Of a stretch of DNA of 64,000 nt, positions 1 to 12,800 are shown one piece after another. Numbering within the stretch: the stretch's first letter is position 1; each line of letters opens with the position of its first letter. The notes below the pieces were generated by a model. The model saw nothing but the letters and a program-made list of their open reading frames with translations, made no database searches and had not been told where the DNA came from. Source of the DNA: Bugula neritina (Eukaryota; Animalia; Bryozoa); NCBI GenBank assembly GCA_964035545.1, contig OZ037765.1:31681504-31745503 (forward strand), in the 5' to 3' direction. The translations under genes were made by a program, and so were the position numbers.

Positions 1-102
1 TGAACTGATATTGTCTCGGTTAAACCACGAGTTAGAAGAGTGGAACCGACCAAACAGTATGGCCGCTGGGAAACTGAGGAAATGGCATGATAACACAATC
101 AC
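1..102 (-). CDS. Possible exon of an unidentified gene continuing off the left edge
   Basis: Minus-strand acceptor ttcattttcag at 103-113, followed by a less AT-rich open frame VIVLSCHFLSFPAAILFGRFHSSNSWFNRDNISS. No family recognised. Confidence 0.25.
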   Translation of the reverse strand, partial: MIVLSCHFLSFPAAILFGRFHSSNSWFNRDNISS

Positions 103-1307
103 CTGAAAATGAATTTTAAATAACTTTACTTAATTCTGGAAATTAAAAGCGTAAAGGCATAAAATCATAATAAGTGCTACAAGGAATTTGGTCATTATCT
201 AGGACTATTTACTACTTGCATTGCACTAAAATTCTGAACACTATAACAATATTTTTGCAATAAAACACCATTGTCTATATTCGTGCGCATTTCGTTTGTA
301 TGTATGGACAACACCTTTGTTTCCCTGCTGGTTTAAAATTCTAACATTTATAAAAAAACTGAATACATATTTGCTAAAAATCTTCAATTCATTATACTTT
401 ATAGCACTCCATTATGATAAGGTACTCTAAATAAACTGACGGTGACAGCAAGCAAAGATATTGAGAAATGAAAATGTACAGTAATAGATGTAAGTGTCAA
501 TATAAATGACTTACTGAAGCAGGTGGTAAGTTAAGCATCTGTCCAAGAGCATCAATTATAAAAGGATACTCCATTTTAACCTTTATTCAACCTTGCCAGA
601 TGCGATAAAGCTGCCTGCAGATTATTGCTTAAAAAACAACTAGACACTGAGATATGCAGAATTCTTGAATTATCTTTTCCAAAAAGTGGAAAATTTCAAT
701 ATATGCTTTCATGATCAAAAAAAGAAAAATATACATACAGCAAAAGATCCTCGATAGACAATCCTCCAACAAAGTAAGCTAAATTTTACTGAAAATTTTG
801 ACTGCATCATGAAATGTTCGACTTAATATTGCTTTCTCAATAATATGTACTCTTCAATAATGTATGTAAACGTTCTATACAACACTCACATTGTTTGCAC
901 AGTGTCCAACAGAAAGATTAGCTTCAAGTCATTATGGGTAGTAATTCCATCAAGTTGTTGTGAGAATTTGAAAAAAATCATCTTGAAACCAAGAACCATG
1001 AGTCACAACAATTTAGATAGTTAATAGTCAACAACTAAAAATGCAAATAGACAGACATGCAGAAGCCACGACTATCTTCACAGATAAACAGTTGGAAAAA
1101 ATATAGATTAGAGAAATTTTATTTTTAACTTAATGAGAAAAAAATACTTGAAATTTGCACCCATTAATCATGAAGCTAATAACAGAAACGAAAAAATTAC
1201 AAACAATACGATTGCTGTATTAGCCTATAAAAAACTTCCGTAACATTTTTCATACCATACTAAAATTACTTGTTTAAAATGAAGCAGGCACCATACAGTA
1301 CCTAATG

Positions 1308-1400
1308 GCACCTTCTAGCACCTGCCACACTTTCTAGCACCTGCTGAAACTTTCTAGCACCTGCTGACACTTTCTAGCACCTGCTGACACTTTCTAACGC
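1308..1400. repeat. Short tandem repeat, about 21-bp unit (ttctagcacctgctgacact), 4-5 copies
   Basis: Directly visible repeated units downstream of the IMPACT stop codon. Confidence 0.8.
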
Positions 1401-1859
1401 TAACTCAACAATGCAAAACTCACTTACTTCTCACACCAGCTTTAAAAGGAAAGAATGACTAGCAAATTTAACAAATGATATAAGAAAAAATTTCATTCCA
1501 AACTGCTCAACAATCAAAATTTAGGTTCAGCTAAAGGTAAGCTTTCTATAAAACAAAAATACTAGAATTTTCTTGATTCAATAAACTTAAATCATGTAAC
1601 TAAAACTCAACTGGTGAGTCTGAAAACGCAACACTGACCAATTAAGAATATCGGCTTCTTCTATAATTGAATAAATTATAAAATTTATGGGCTTACGAAA
1701 ACTGAACAGTAATATATAATAAAATAGCTGTGAAAATTATACAAAACTCACGATTTACTGAATACTTGTAGTTCCATATAAAAATACAAAATCATCAGCT
1801 ACTATATTTTGACTGGCAACAAATGTTAGCTATAAACAGAGATATTTTCAAAAATGTGA

Positions 1860-4800
1860 CTAATTCTTTTTATGACGAGTTCCTTTCTTTACCGACTCCT
1901 GAAACAAAAAGTAAAAGATATCAAACTAAAAAAAATACAAACATAATTTAATAATTTAAAGGTATTTAGCAACAAAACACTTGTACAATTAGAAAGCGTA
2001 ATATTAATCAATTTTAACCAAAATGTTTTCTTCACTGTGAAATTATACTCTACTAAATAGAAAGGCTCAAAGGATATAATTTAACCTCAAATAATGCACT
2101 GCAATATGAAATTTTCCGCCTACAAAAATAGACCTAAACTTTCTGAGGCACATTTCTTCATGTGATGAATCAGAAGTCCTTAGCTTTTAAACAATATAAA
2201 AAAATCTAGAAGACCCCCAGGCCCCAGAAAAACTTAAGGAAAGGAGCAGCAAACCTTAGACGAGCCAGTGTTGTTTTGAATAAAGTTATGTTTCTCTAGA
2301 ATGTTCCTGGCACAGTTGTTGATGTGTTTGAACCTGTCGGGTCCGAGCTGTATGCCGCCATACCAGCGGGAGACAACTACCAACACATTGACAGCGCCCA
2401 CTATCTACAGAGGAAACAAGAAGTGTTTATCAGCATCAGCTGTCTACAGTAAGAACAAGTGGTTATCCACAGCAGAAACCTGATGTATTTAAAAACATAA
2501 ATAGAGCAGGATTAGCCGGCTAACAATACCACAGTATGGACATACTAGAACCCTTCCTCGATGTATTACTGATGCAATAAGAACCGAAGCTAACATAGAC
2601 TCACATTTAGTAAATGAAGGACTCGACTTCCTGCCTGTGCCTCTCCATCATCATCACAATCTTCACAGATTGAGTCGTTGCCCAGCCGTATCCTGTATGC
2701 CTAACAATATACATTGTATAGTATAGTATCAAGTATGATGTATACATAGTATAGATATAACAACAGATATGGTATACAACAGTATAGTATACACAGTATA
2801 ATATAGTGTAGTATAGTATGGTATGATGTATACACAGTATAGTATACATAGTACATATAGTTTAGTAAGGTGTACATATATAGTATAGTATGTAGTACAG
2901 ATACAGCAACAGAGAAAAACATTTTTACCCATTTGAAATAAAATAAAATCATCATACACAGATTTTCTCTAAACAGAAAAGATTACAGAATAATAAAATA
3001 ACTGCAGGCTAACATGACAACAAGATCAACAATAACAGCGACTCAAATACCTGGATGTTGTGAGTTGCAGCGGATATCTTTTTATTGCTAAGTAGTGTTC
3101 GCATCACCAAGGAAACTTGTGACGTAGTGGTAACCATGGCAACGTGAGCTTGAAATGTGCTTTTCCTATCCGTGATTGGCTCATCGTGAAAAATCTCAGG
3201 ACAGTCCTCTGTAAATTAGCATACAGTACAGAGTAACAAGCTACTCAGTTTAGCAGTGAGATTGAGTGCAGAACTCCTTTCCTCATTGATAATACTGTTA
3301 TACAATAATATGAAAATTGGAATTTCTTTCCATTCAACTTACAATACATTTGTAATAACTTTATTATTTGTGACAGTTTCATTACAGTAATGAAAATTAT
3401 TGATATATATGATTATATAGTTCCCAGCATTACATTTGACTATAGCTTTCAATAGCTTTCATTGCTGAATCTAAACAGTCATACTAAGAAATATTTAATG
3501 TAGGATTGTTCATTCAGTGTTATGAATTCATAAGTTTTAAATTAGATGTGAATTATTTATAAAATGGTATGAAAAACATTTGATATATAGCCCCGCCATA
3601 TATAGTTCTAACTACAATCTTTCTACATATCTTTTCATGTACCATACATATAAACTTTTCAATTTCTCAACACTAATACCTTCAATTTACAAAACAACCT
3701 TTACTAGAATACTTTCATTTGAACATAACTACAGAATAAAATGAAACCATAAACATTAACTAATGAAAATAAATATATAGAATGCCAACATACCCACAGT
3801 TTCAGCTAGTAAAGTTGAGGCATCCAACAGTTGAAAGACCTGACTAGCATCTACAGTGCCTTGACTCTCCCCTGGTTCCTTGCTTTCAATGATGGACAAG
3901 TATTCCCTGATGGCCTCCGTCCAGATGTATATAATCGGCTGTCCGATGTTCTCTGCGTACAGCAGATTCAGCTGGTCGGTTATGGTGGCCCTGTCCTCAC
4001 CAGATAGTTGTACAGCGTCCAGTTCAAAGTACGGAGGGGCATCACTGGGGTACCCGTCAGGTAGTCTCACCTATAACAAGGGGTATAGAATGTAACTAAT
4101 AGCAAAACATGTATAAAGTAAAACAGAATTAGTGTTTAATTACAATAATACATAACTAACAAGTTTTGCAAGTTAATGAGAATTGTCTTCTTTTGAAACA
4201 TGTAAAAAGTAACTTATTAGATGTTTAAAATTATGAAAACTTGTTTTAAATCATGATGAAAACACAACAATAAAAATAAATGAATGTGAAAATTAAAATA
4301 TTTTGCTAACTTTGAGCTTTCTTTTACAAAACTTTACTAATAATTATTGGCAAAGTTTTTAAAAATAACCAGTTGTTTCATTGCCAAAGTGCTGCATTAT
4401 TTTAAAAATGTCTTTTTATTACGTGAACTTTTTTAAGAGAAAGACAACTCCAACTAATAGCAATGCTTTATTAAAACTTTCATCACACGAGAATAGCTCA
4501 CCTGGAGTCGGACCTCAGAGTTTATGTTGATGATGTACTTCCTGTTAGCCTCAGATTCCACGACCCAATCGTCTCCATAAATGGCAGAAAGTGCTTCAAC
4601 TTCTTCAACCTACATACCATCCAGAATTCAAAATATTTCCACATAAATCAAACAAATAAAAACTGTTTGTGATATAAGGTGCCTAGAAATGTTAACAGCT
4701 AAATATGTTGCTTATAGTACGTAATGCATACACAAATATTAGATCATCAATAACTTTACATCTGCATGGAGTTATTAGTGAAATATTTCAAGTTTAAGTC

Positions 4801-5068
4801 GAACATGAATTACTAAACGGATCAAATTATTTAAATGAAGACTTATTACAGACTGATAGATGAGAAAAGATCTTAAATATTTCACAAATAGGTGAATTTT
4901 TTATGATAGAATATACAACAAATTGCAAACAAAATGTAGGTACTATAACGTGAACTGGGTGTGAGCACTTATGTAAAAAAATACAATCATACTTGCCTAA
5001 ACATTGTTTACAGTTAAAAAAGTTACAAAATCTACCTGTGCTGTAATATTTGAGATTTCATCTGTCAT
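1860..5068 (-). CDS. IMPACT: Protein IMPACT (RWD domain + UPF0029/Ancient domain; GCN1-binding inhibitor of GCN2), 7 coding exons
   Basis: Exons 5036-5068 (MTDEISNITAQ), 4502-4609 (VEEVEALSAIYGDDW), 3794-4070 (VRLPDGYPSDAPP, RWD YPxxxP), 3051-3208 (ITDRKSTFQAH...ATHNI), 2605-2700 (AYRI...DCDDDGEAQAGSRVLHLL), 2255-2404 (VVVSRWYGGIQLGPDRFKHINNCARNIL), 1860-1898 (ends TAG). All introns are GT-AG and phase-compatible. Confidence 0.96.
2710..2900. repeat. Degenerate (tatag/tagta) low-complexity repeat in an IMPACT intron
   Basis: Visible periodic pattern; it produces the spurious Y/I/T-rich ORFs in the track. Confidence 0.75.
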
Positions 5069-5097
5069 CACTGATACATTTGGAGCAGTTCACACAT
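5068..5097 (-). promoter_or_regulatory. Candidate uORF (MCELLQMYQ*) whose stop overlaps the IMPACT start codon (TGATG)
   Basis: Minus strand reads ATG TGT GAA CTG CTC CAA ATG TAT CAG TGA, with the A of TGA being the A of the IMPACT ATG. It lies downstream of a tgtag acceptor at 5116-5120. Confidence 0.5.
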
Positions 5098-5119
5098 TAG
5101 ATTCAGACTAGCTATCTAC

Positions 5120-6811
5120 AATATTACAAGAGTATCAGTTACTAGCTAACTAACCGGTACATGCACTGCAGTAGCTGTTTAAACATTTGACACCGTAGCT
5201 TATGGTGTCAAATGTGTCTAGAGTTAGTACTTACTCTTACTTTCATAAATCATGATATGCATACTGCCTAACCACAACTTAGGTAAACCCCTTTTATATT
5301 TAGCTTCAACATTTATAATTATCACTTGACAGGTTGTGTACTCATAGTCATACTCATTCTGACACACATCTTCACAGCTATAATTATAATCTTATACTCA
5401 TAGTGCTAGTCATGCTCACACTCTAGCTCTTAGACTTACGTGCCAAGCTCAATGCCATAACTCACAATATCATAAATATTAATCGTAGTGATAGTCATAG
5501 TAATACTAATACTATAGTTATTCAAAATTGTAATTCATATTCATATTGTTAATGTTACACATATTATACTTAATATTTATCTGATAGTTATACTTAAACT
5601 CAATAAATAATGATATTGATAATCAAAGTAAAAGTTATACTTAAAGTTAATATTAATATTATTGTAATTGTTTCACTTTTATTAGTACTAGCAATAAAAT
5701 CAAGTGTAACATTAATATGAAACTTCAAGTAAATAAATAAAAAGTTGAAATTAGCTATGGCAGCAATTATTAACATTACTAAAAGTGCTTTCTCCGTCTG
5801 TGTCAGCTGTGCAAAGTTTTAATCACAAAAATTGCTTAAAACAGCAACGAGTTGGTGGTCAGTGAGTGCATTGGTTTGGGTCTCGAGTTTGGAGTTCGAG
5901 GTTTGAATTTTGGCCAACAATGCGTTTACAAATACTATAATCAATCACTCCCAAATCGGTGCTGCTTCTAGCGATGGCATTAATCGTTGGTGGCAGCGTT
6001 CAGCCTTGACCATAAATTATATAGCAAGAAATAGAAATCTAAAACAAAGCAGGTATTGGTTGCGGGACTGTGCGCTATCTGCTTAAAACTTTGAGCTATA
6101 ATTTATGGCAAACCCACCTTTTCTATTTAGTACTTTTTATTAGCAACTTTTTATTGCAAGAAAGATCAATTACCCGAGGAAGCAAAATGAAAATAGGAAT
6201 ATAAATCCGTTAGCTTTAGGCAATGGCTATGAAACTCATTTTATCATTATGATGAATATGATTACTACTTTGCCTTTAAATTTATTAGTTTTTGATGGTA
6301 ACAAAAAGGATAACAAAATTTTAATTAAGTTGAAGTTGGAAAATCAAACTATATTATTAATATTATTATTATTTATAAACTTGAACTTGAAGTTAAAGTT
6401 GATGATTGAATTTGATGTAGTGACTGTGATCATGGTGATCCTTATCACTTCATGATGATGATGATGATGTGATACTACTACTAATACTAATAGTAGTACT
6501 CTAAATTACTTATTAGTAATAATTAATAACTAAGTATATCAGCTTTAAGTTTAAGTATTAATAATTCAATATTGGTATAACTATAAATTAAAATATTATA
6601 TTAAATTTAATTATAATTATTTAATTTTAAATTTATTTATTTTACTTATAGTGACTATAAAACCAACAGATTTAGTTTTGGTTCTTAAATTATTATTTAA
6701 TTAAATGTAATCTTTATTCATATTTCTGCTAGGTTTGAGTCTGGTAGGCAACCACTTGTAGTTGTATTGAAGATAAACATAATGGCTGCCTGAGAAAAGT
6801 AACCTTGCACC
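5120..6811. promoter_or_regulatory. Head-to-head intergenic region (putative bidirectional promoter) between IMPACT and CABIN1
   Basis: Divergent start codons about 1.75 kb apart (5068 minus, 6812 plus). Transcription start sites are not determinable. Confidence 0.5.
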
Positions 6812-9800
6812 ATGGTAAGTTGTTAGGCTTTTTCTATATTGACATTACAGTTTTAAGAAATCTGGATTACAATGTTGAATGTTTATCTGCTATTTCTTGT
6901 TTATGCAAAGAAAAGAATATCTAATTTAGCTACATTTTTATTGCTGGCTTGTCTTCATTTTTATTTGCAAGCTATTGTATAAAAATTGGGAAGTTTCATT
7001 TTAGATTCGAATCGCTGCTTTGAATGACAGCGGCAGCAGTAGCTCTAGTTCCGGAAGTACTGATGGTGTAAATGGCTCTGCCATTCTTACTAAGGAAGCT
7101 TTGGTAGATTTATATATTATTAAACAATTCTTTGATGATATATTTTTTGAGTTTGTATTTAAAGGCTCTATAATGATTTTTAATAACTCTATAACTGTTG
7201 CATTTTAATTTGTGGATTGCGTAATGCGTAAGTTGAAAGTTATTACTTATTTTGTTCATTTTTATCATATTTATATCGTACTTGTTTTGGTTTTAATGTT
7301 GGTTATTTACTTCTGCTGTGAAGATGACTTTGTGGTGCTAATAGAACTGGTTTGCTGTAGGAGCACGCTGCCTACTCTCTGTATAACAAATGTCTTGGGT
7401 ATGAAAGAGCTGGACTCTTGGACAAAGCTGCCCAGTCCTTTGAAGATCTTCTGAAGAATGAGTTTATTTCTGAGGTGAGATTTGATAATGTTGGGGTAAT
7501 TATAGCACAGCTTTTAAGGGAAACCTACCCATGGGATTAATGTATTGGTTGTTGATTATTTTTAGTGATTTTATTTGTTTATAAAAATAATGAATGGTGA
7601 ACAATTATTTCACTTGGAATTTTCATACTGTTTTTTTAATTATTTTCAATAAATTTATTAGTATCATTTTTCAATCCTATTAAATGTAATTTGCTTGCAT
7701 TTGTGTTTTAAATTTCTATAGCAAGCACATGCGAAATGTTACCATGTTTGTAGTCAAAGGAAAAGTTCACTCTGTATCACTTAAGGCTGTACCACTGTTT
7801 TTGATTTATTTCAATGTTTGTAGTTGAACTGTTTGCGAATTTTATTTATACTCGAGACTATAAAATTTATAGACTTAGGTTGCACTTGACTGTAATATTT
7901 CATTGAAGGTTTTATTGATTCCCATCATATTTAGGCTAGTTCTACTATGTCTGAGACGGGACAATTGTTGCCAAGCGCTCTACTCAAATACTCTGCCCTA
8001 AAGAATCTGGCTAAAGTCTACTCCAGGCAGGACAAGCACCAGCAGGCCTTGACAGCTCTGCTACAGGTAACAGTTGGAATAGGAAGGGGAGATAACAACT
8101 AGCATAGGGAGGGGAGATAACAACTAGCATAGGGAGGGGAGATAACAACTAGCATAGGAAGGGGAGATAACAACTAGCATAGGGAGGGGAGATAACAACT
8201 ACTATAGGGAGGGGAGATAACAACTAGCATAGGGAGGGGAGATAACAACTACTATAGGGAGGGGAGATAACAACTAGCATAGGAAGGGGAGATAACAACT
8301 AGCATAGGAAGGGGAGATAACAACTACTATAGGGAGGGGAGATAACAACTACTATAGGAAGGGGAGATAACAACTAGCATAGGAAGGGGAGATAACAACT
8401 AGCATAGGGAGGGGAGATAACAACTAGCATAGGGAGGGGAGATAACAACTAGCATAGGGAGGGGAGATAACAACTAACATAGGGAGGGGAGATAACAACT
8501 AGCATAGGGAGGGGAGATAACAACTACTATAGGGAGGGGAGATAACAACTAACATAGGGAGGGGAGATAACAACTAGCATAGGGAGGGGAGATAACAACT
8601 AGCATAGGGAGGGGAGATAACAACTAGCATAGGGAGGGGAGATAACAACTACTATAGGGAGGGGAGATAACAACTAGCATAGGGAGGGGAGATAACAATT
8701 ACTATAGGGAGGGGAGATAACAACTACTATAGGGAGGGGAGATAACAACTAGCATAGGGAGGGGAGATAACAACTAGCATAGGGAGGGGAGATAACAACT
8801 ACTATAGGGAGGGGAGATAACAACTAGCATAGGGAGGGGAGATAACAACTAGCATAGGGAGGGGAGATAACAACTACTATAGGGAGGGGAGATAACAACT
8901 ACTATAGGGAGGGGAGATAACAACTAGCATAGGGAGGGGAGATAACAACTAACATAGGGAGGGGAGATAACAACTAGCATAGGGAGGGGAGATAACAACT
9001 AGCATAGGGAGGGGAGATAACAACTAGCATAGGGAGGGGAGATAACAACTAGCATAGGGAGGGGGAGATAACAACTTTTGTAGGGTGATGGAAACACAGC
9101 TAACATAAAGAGGGGATAACTCTTAGTGTAGAGAAGAGGAGATAACAACTAGCATGGAAAATAAATGACTAGCACAGACAGAAGATAATAACTAAAATAG
9201 AGCAGAAATAATAACTAGCGTAAGAAAGGGAGATAACGAGTAGTGTAAAGAGAAGATAACCACCATCGTAAGGGGGGGGGGGGGGCAAAAACTAGCATAG
9301 GATGCTGTACTCGGGTATTGCTACTTGGAAGCTACTAACCTTCCTTAAATGCTCTTAAAAGTATTTGAAAACCATGTAAAGCAAATCTAATAAAAGGGGA
9401 AAACATGAAAAAGAAATTGGCTACTGCTGATCTTCATTGGCAGCAGCAAATCTAGATTATGAAGTCTTTTCTTTTACTTATATTTTTCCAATGACTTTTA
9501 AAATTTTATTGAAAGGTTTGCTCAAGTTAAATGAGTTGAAGTTATAAAGTGTATACATTGTTGTGTGATTTAATGTAATGTATATTACGTTGTTTTAGGC
9601 TATCGAGATTGACTTTACTGATGTGACAGTTTGCTATAGACTGGGAGTCTTGTCATTGAAACTCAATCATTTGCTGTTGGCATGCAGGGCTTACAAAAGA
9701 GTTAGTACTGAGGCTCATACTCCAATAATTGAAATCTGTTTGATTGCATGCGCTACCACTGGAACACTGTGTTACAGATAATACTTGTTAACTCATGAAT

Positions 9801-12800
9801 AGCATGGAATGGTTTAATTTTTGGTATATTCTGTTTGATAATTTTTTAATTGTTTGAAGTTTACTCATTCTATATACTGTAATAGTATATAAGTTAGTTT
9901 ATTGTTATATATAATTATTATTTTAATAATACTACCATTTCTATATATTTTGGCTCAACATATCTATTTTTATGATAGAAATGCTTGAGTGGGTGAATTG
10001 TAACATGTTCGTTGATACAACAAATGCTAAACATACAAGACTGTTGAAAGGTATGAAATGCTACTATACTGTCTTCCCTTCACGTAGTGTGAGATCATGT
10101 ATCAGTGTAGTGTGAATTATTTGGTCTGATCTGCAGGGTCTAGAGCTAAGTGTCAACCACTGGCCCTGTTTGGATAATCTTATCACCCTACTCTATACGC
10201 TGGATAATTATGAAGGTTAGTAGCTGAATTTCAGTTTATAGATAATTTTAAATGTTAGATGACATAGCTATGTGTGTCAAGGTTACAACAGTTGTCTTCT
10301 CTGGCCTCACCTTTTTAAACCTTTTTTTGAAAGCCCATCTTGCTAATTAGCCCATGTTCTGTATGTGATGTCTTGTATGCGTGTCGGCAGGGTGTCTATG
10401 CTACATAGCACAAAGTTTAGAGAGAGATCCTGGCTATGTCAAAGGTCTGGTTCTTCGTAAAGCAATTTTCAAGGAGCAGCCTTGTTTGGAGAAACAGTTC
10501 TTGTCGGTCTTCAGTAAATGGTAAATATATACGTAGCTATGTACAGTGTAGGTGTGTAGGTGTATGTGTACGTAATCTGTATGATGTATGTATAGGTGTG
10601 ATGTAAGTGTAGAACAATTGCATAGTGTCTCTATAGAGTAAGTGCAAGTGTTGACTATAAGTAGATTATATGGAATAGGTGTGGGTAAAAAGTTTTTAGG
10701 TATGGTATAGATGCAAGAAATAAGCGTGGGTGTGAAATAGAAAAAGGCATGGAATGAGTAAAGATCAAGGAATCAATAATAACACACTTGATTTAAATTT
10801 TATTGTAACAATGTCTTTTGCCTTCAACTAATTTCAAGATGGTGGTAATGAATATGATTAATAGTATAGCAGTATAAATGTTTTTTAATTTTCCTATTTA
10901 ATTTGGGTATAGTGTTCTGTAACCAAATCACCTGCTGTCCAACAGGATTTAAATTCAATTTGTATACTAAAATGAAAAAGTTTTTCTCATGATTTATGAA
11001 AATGGTAAAATCTTGTGTGTGAATTCTTAACAACTATGTTACCACTACATAGTTACCACCACATAGTTACCACTACATAGTTACCATGTTTATAAATTTA
11101 GCAATTTAAATGAAATTACTGAGTACAGTCAAGCCTTAGATTCCACAGATGAACTAGAAATCCTGCAACAGGTAAAGAAACTCAGGGATAGGCACAGAGA
11201 GGCGTGTAAACCTAAGGAACTCCCCACCATAGATCTCAACCTGTCTGAATACAGGTAGTTCTATACTCAGTGAGTCTATGATAACGTAACCCACAGACTA
11301 TGACACTGTTGTCTAGTGTATACCTGTACGTCTTATTAGGTAATCATTTGACACGTCTTTATGCAGTTTTTGATTAACCAATGGCTAGGAGTAGCTGTGG
11401 TCTAGGGGTTAGAGCGTTTGCTTCGTAAGCATGGGGTCATGGGTTCGAGCCCAACAAAGGTGGTGTTAGAAAGAGCATCCAGTCATAATTGCTCCTGTGC
11501 CACATATGAATAAGTCCTTAGTCCGATTTAACAAAAACCCTTTCCATCAGGGGTTTCTCACGAGGATGGCGACTATAAACTTGCATGAGTTTTTTTAGGA
11601 GTAAGAAATTATTGGTCCTACTGTTTCAAGCTCTTACATGTAAATATAGGCACCAGTCATGAGGTTTAAAAATTTTAAGTTTCTAGAACTTTCCCCAAAT
11701 AACTCACATGTGTTTATAGTCTCTATCCCTGTGAGAAACACTTGATGGAAAAGGTTTTCTAAGCTATGGGTTTGTTTTATATTTTGGCAAAGGAGTAGTC
11801 ATGACTGAATGCCCCTCCTAACATCACCAATGGTCTTTACTGGGAATCAAACCTCTGACCCCATGTTTACTAAGTCAGTGCTCTAACCCCTAGACCACGG
11901 CTGCTCCCCAGACCCTCCCCCAATTCTTATGACTTATTACCTAGATCCTGTATGTACTTGAGAACTACACCTTGCAAGTATTCTCATGTCTTTAAAATAA
12001 TATACGGTAATATGAGTGCATGCCATAATAACTTGTATACTTTCAACATATTTACAACCTTTGCAGCAAATCTGATTGTTTATAATAAATATGGTGAAGT
12101 GTGCTAGACTAATGGTTCTATCTGATATAATAACACTGCATGTTTTTATAGCTGGTCATCATTGGGGAAGCAACTCCTCGATATTTATCAGTACATTGAA
12201 GAGCAGTCTCCTGACTTGGTTAGTTACTTGTACTCTTATATCTATATTGTATTGTATGATTGTATTTAATTTATGTTTTGTTGTTTATATATCTTATATT
12301 TTATATATTTGTAATAAATTTTCTCTTGTGATATTTATTTATACTGACACTTTGACGAACGCTGTGAGTCATTAGATAAAGCCAGTCTTACTTTGCTATG
12401 ATGTGACAATTACTGTCACAAAGTGACATCTTATAAATACTGTGACAATCAGCTTACATTTAATAGTCACCTAGTCACAACAGTCACACCAAACCCTTTA
12501 TTGAACTTAGCATCAAAGATTTATTGTGTCTGTGCGTAGAATCACTCTTGCAAGCTGATTATGAACTTTAAACAACCTTCTGCAAGTGTCACCACAGCTG
12601 AAACTCTCCTCTCCTCCAGAGAACTTGTTGATAATAAGAAAAAGTTAGAGTCGGGTAGGCACTCTGTTACTTTTCAATTGCTTGACTTTATCTAAAAACC
12701 TATCCTGGTGTTTTATTGGTGCTGCCTCACAATGCAACAGCATTTGTATTACTACTTGCAGAATTTCATGGACTATTTTGGTATTTTCTTTTCAGTTCTC

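Noticed and set aside
5770-6190. Possible Helitron-associated or tRNA-headed element in the IMPACT-CABIN1 spacer (short inverted match around 6010 and 6100)
   Set aside because: Too degenerate, no second copy in the window, and the ends are not definable.
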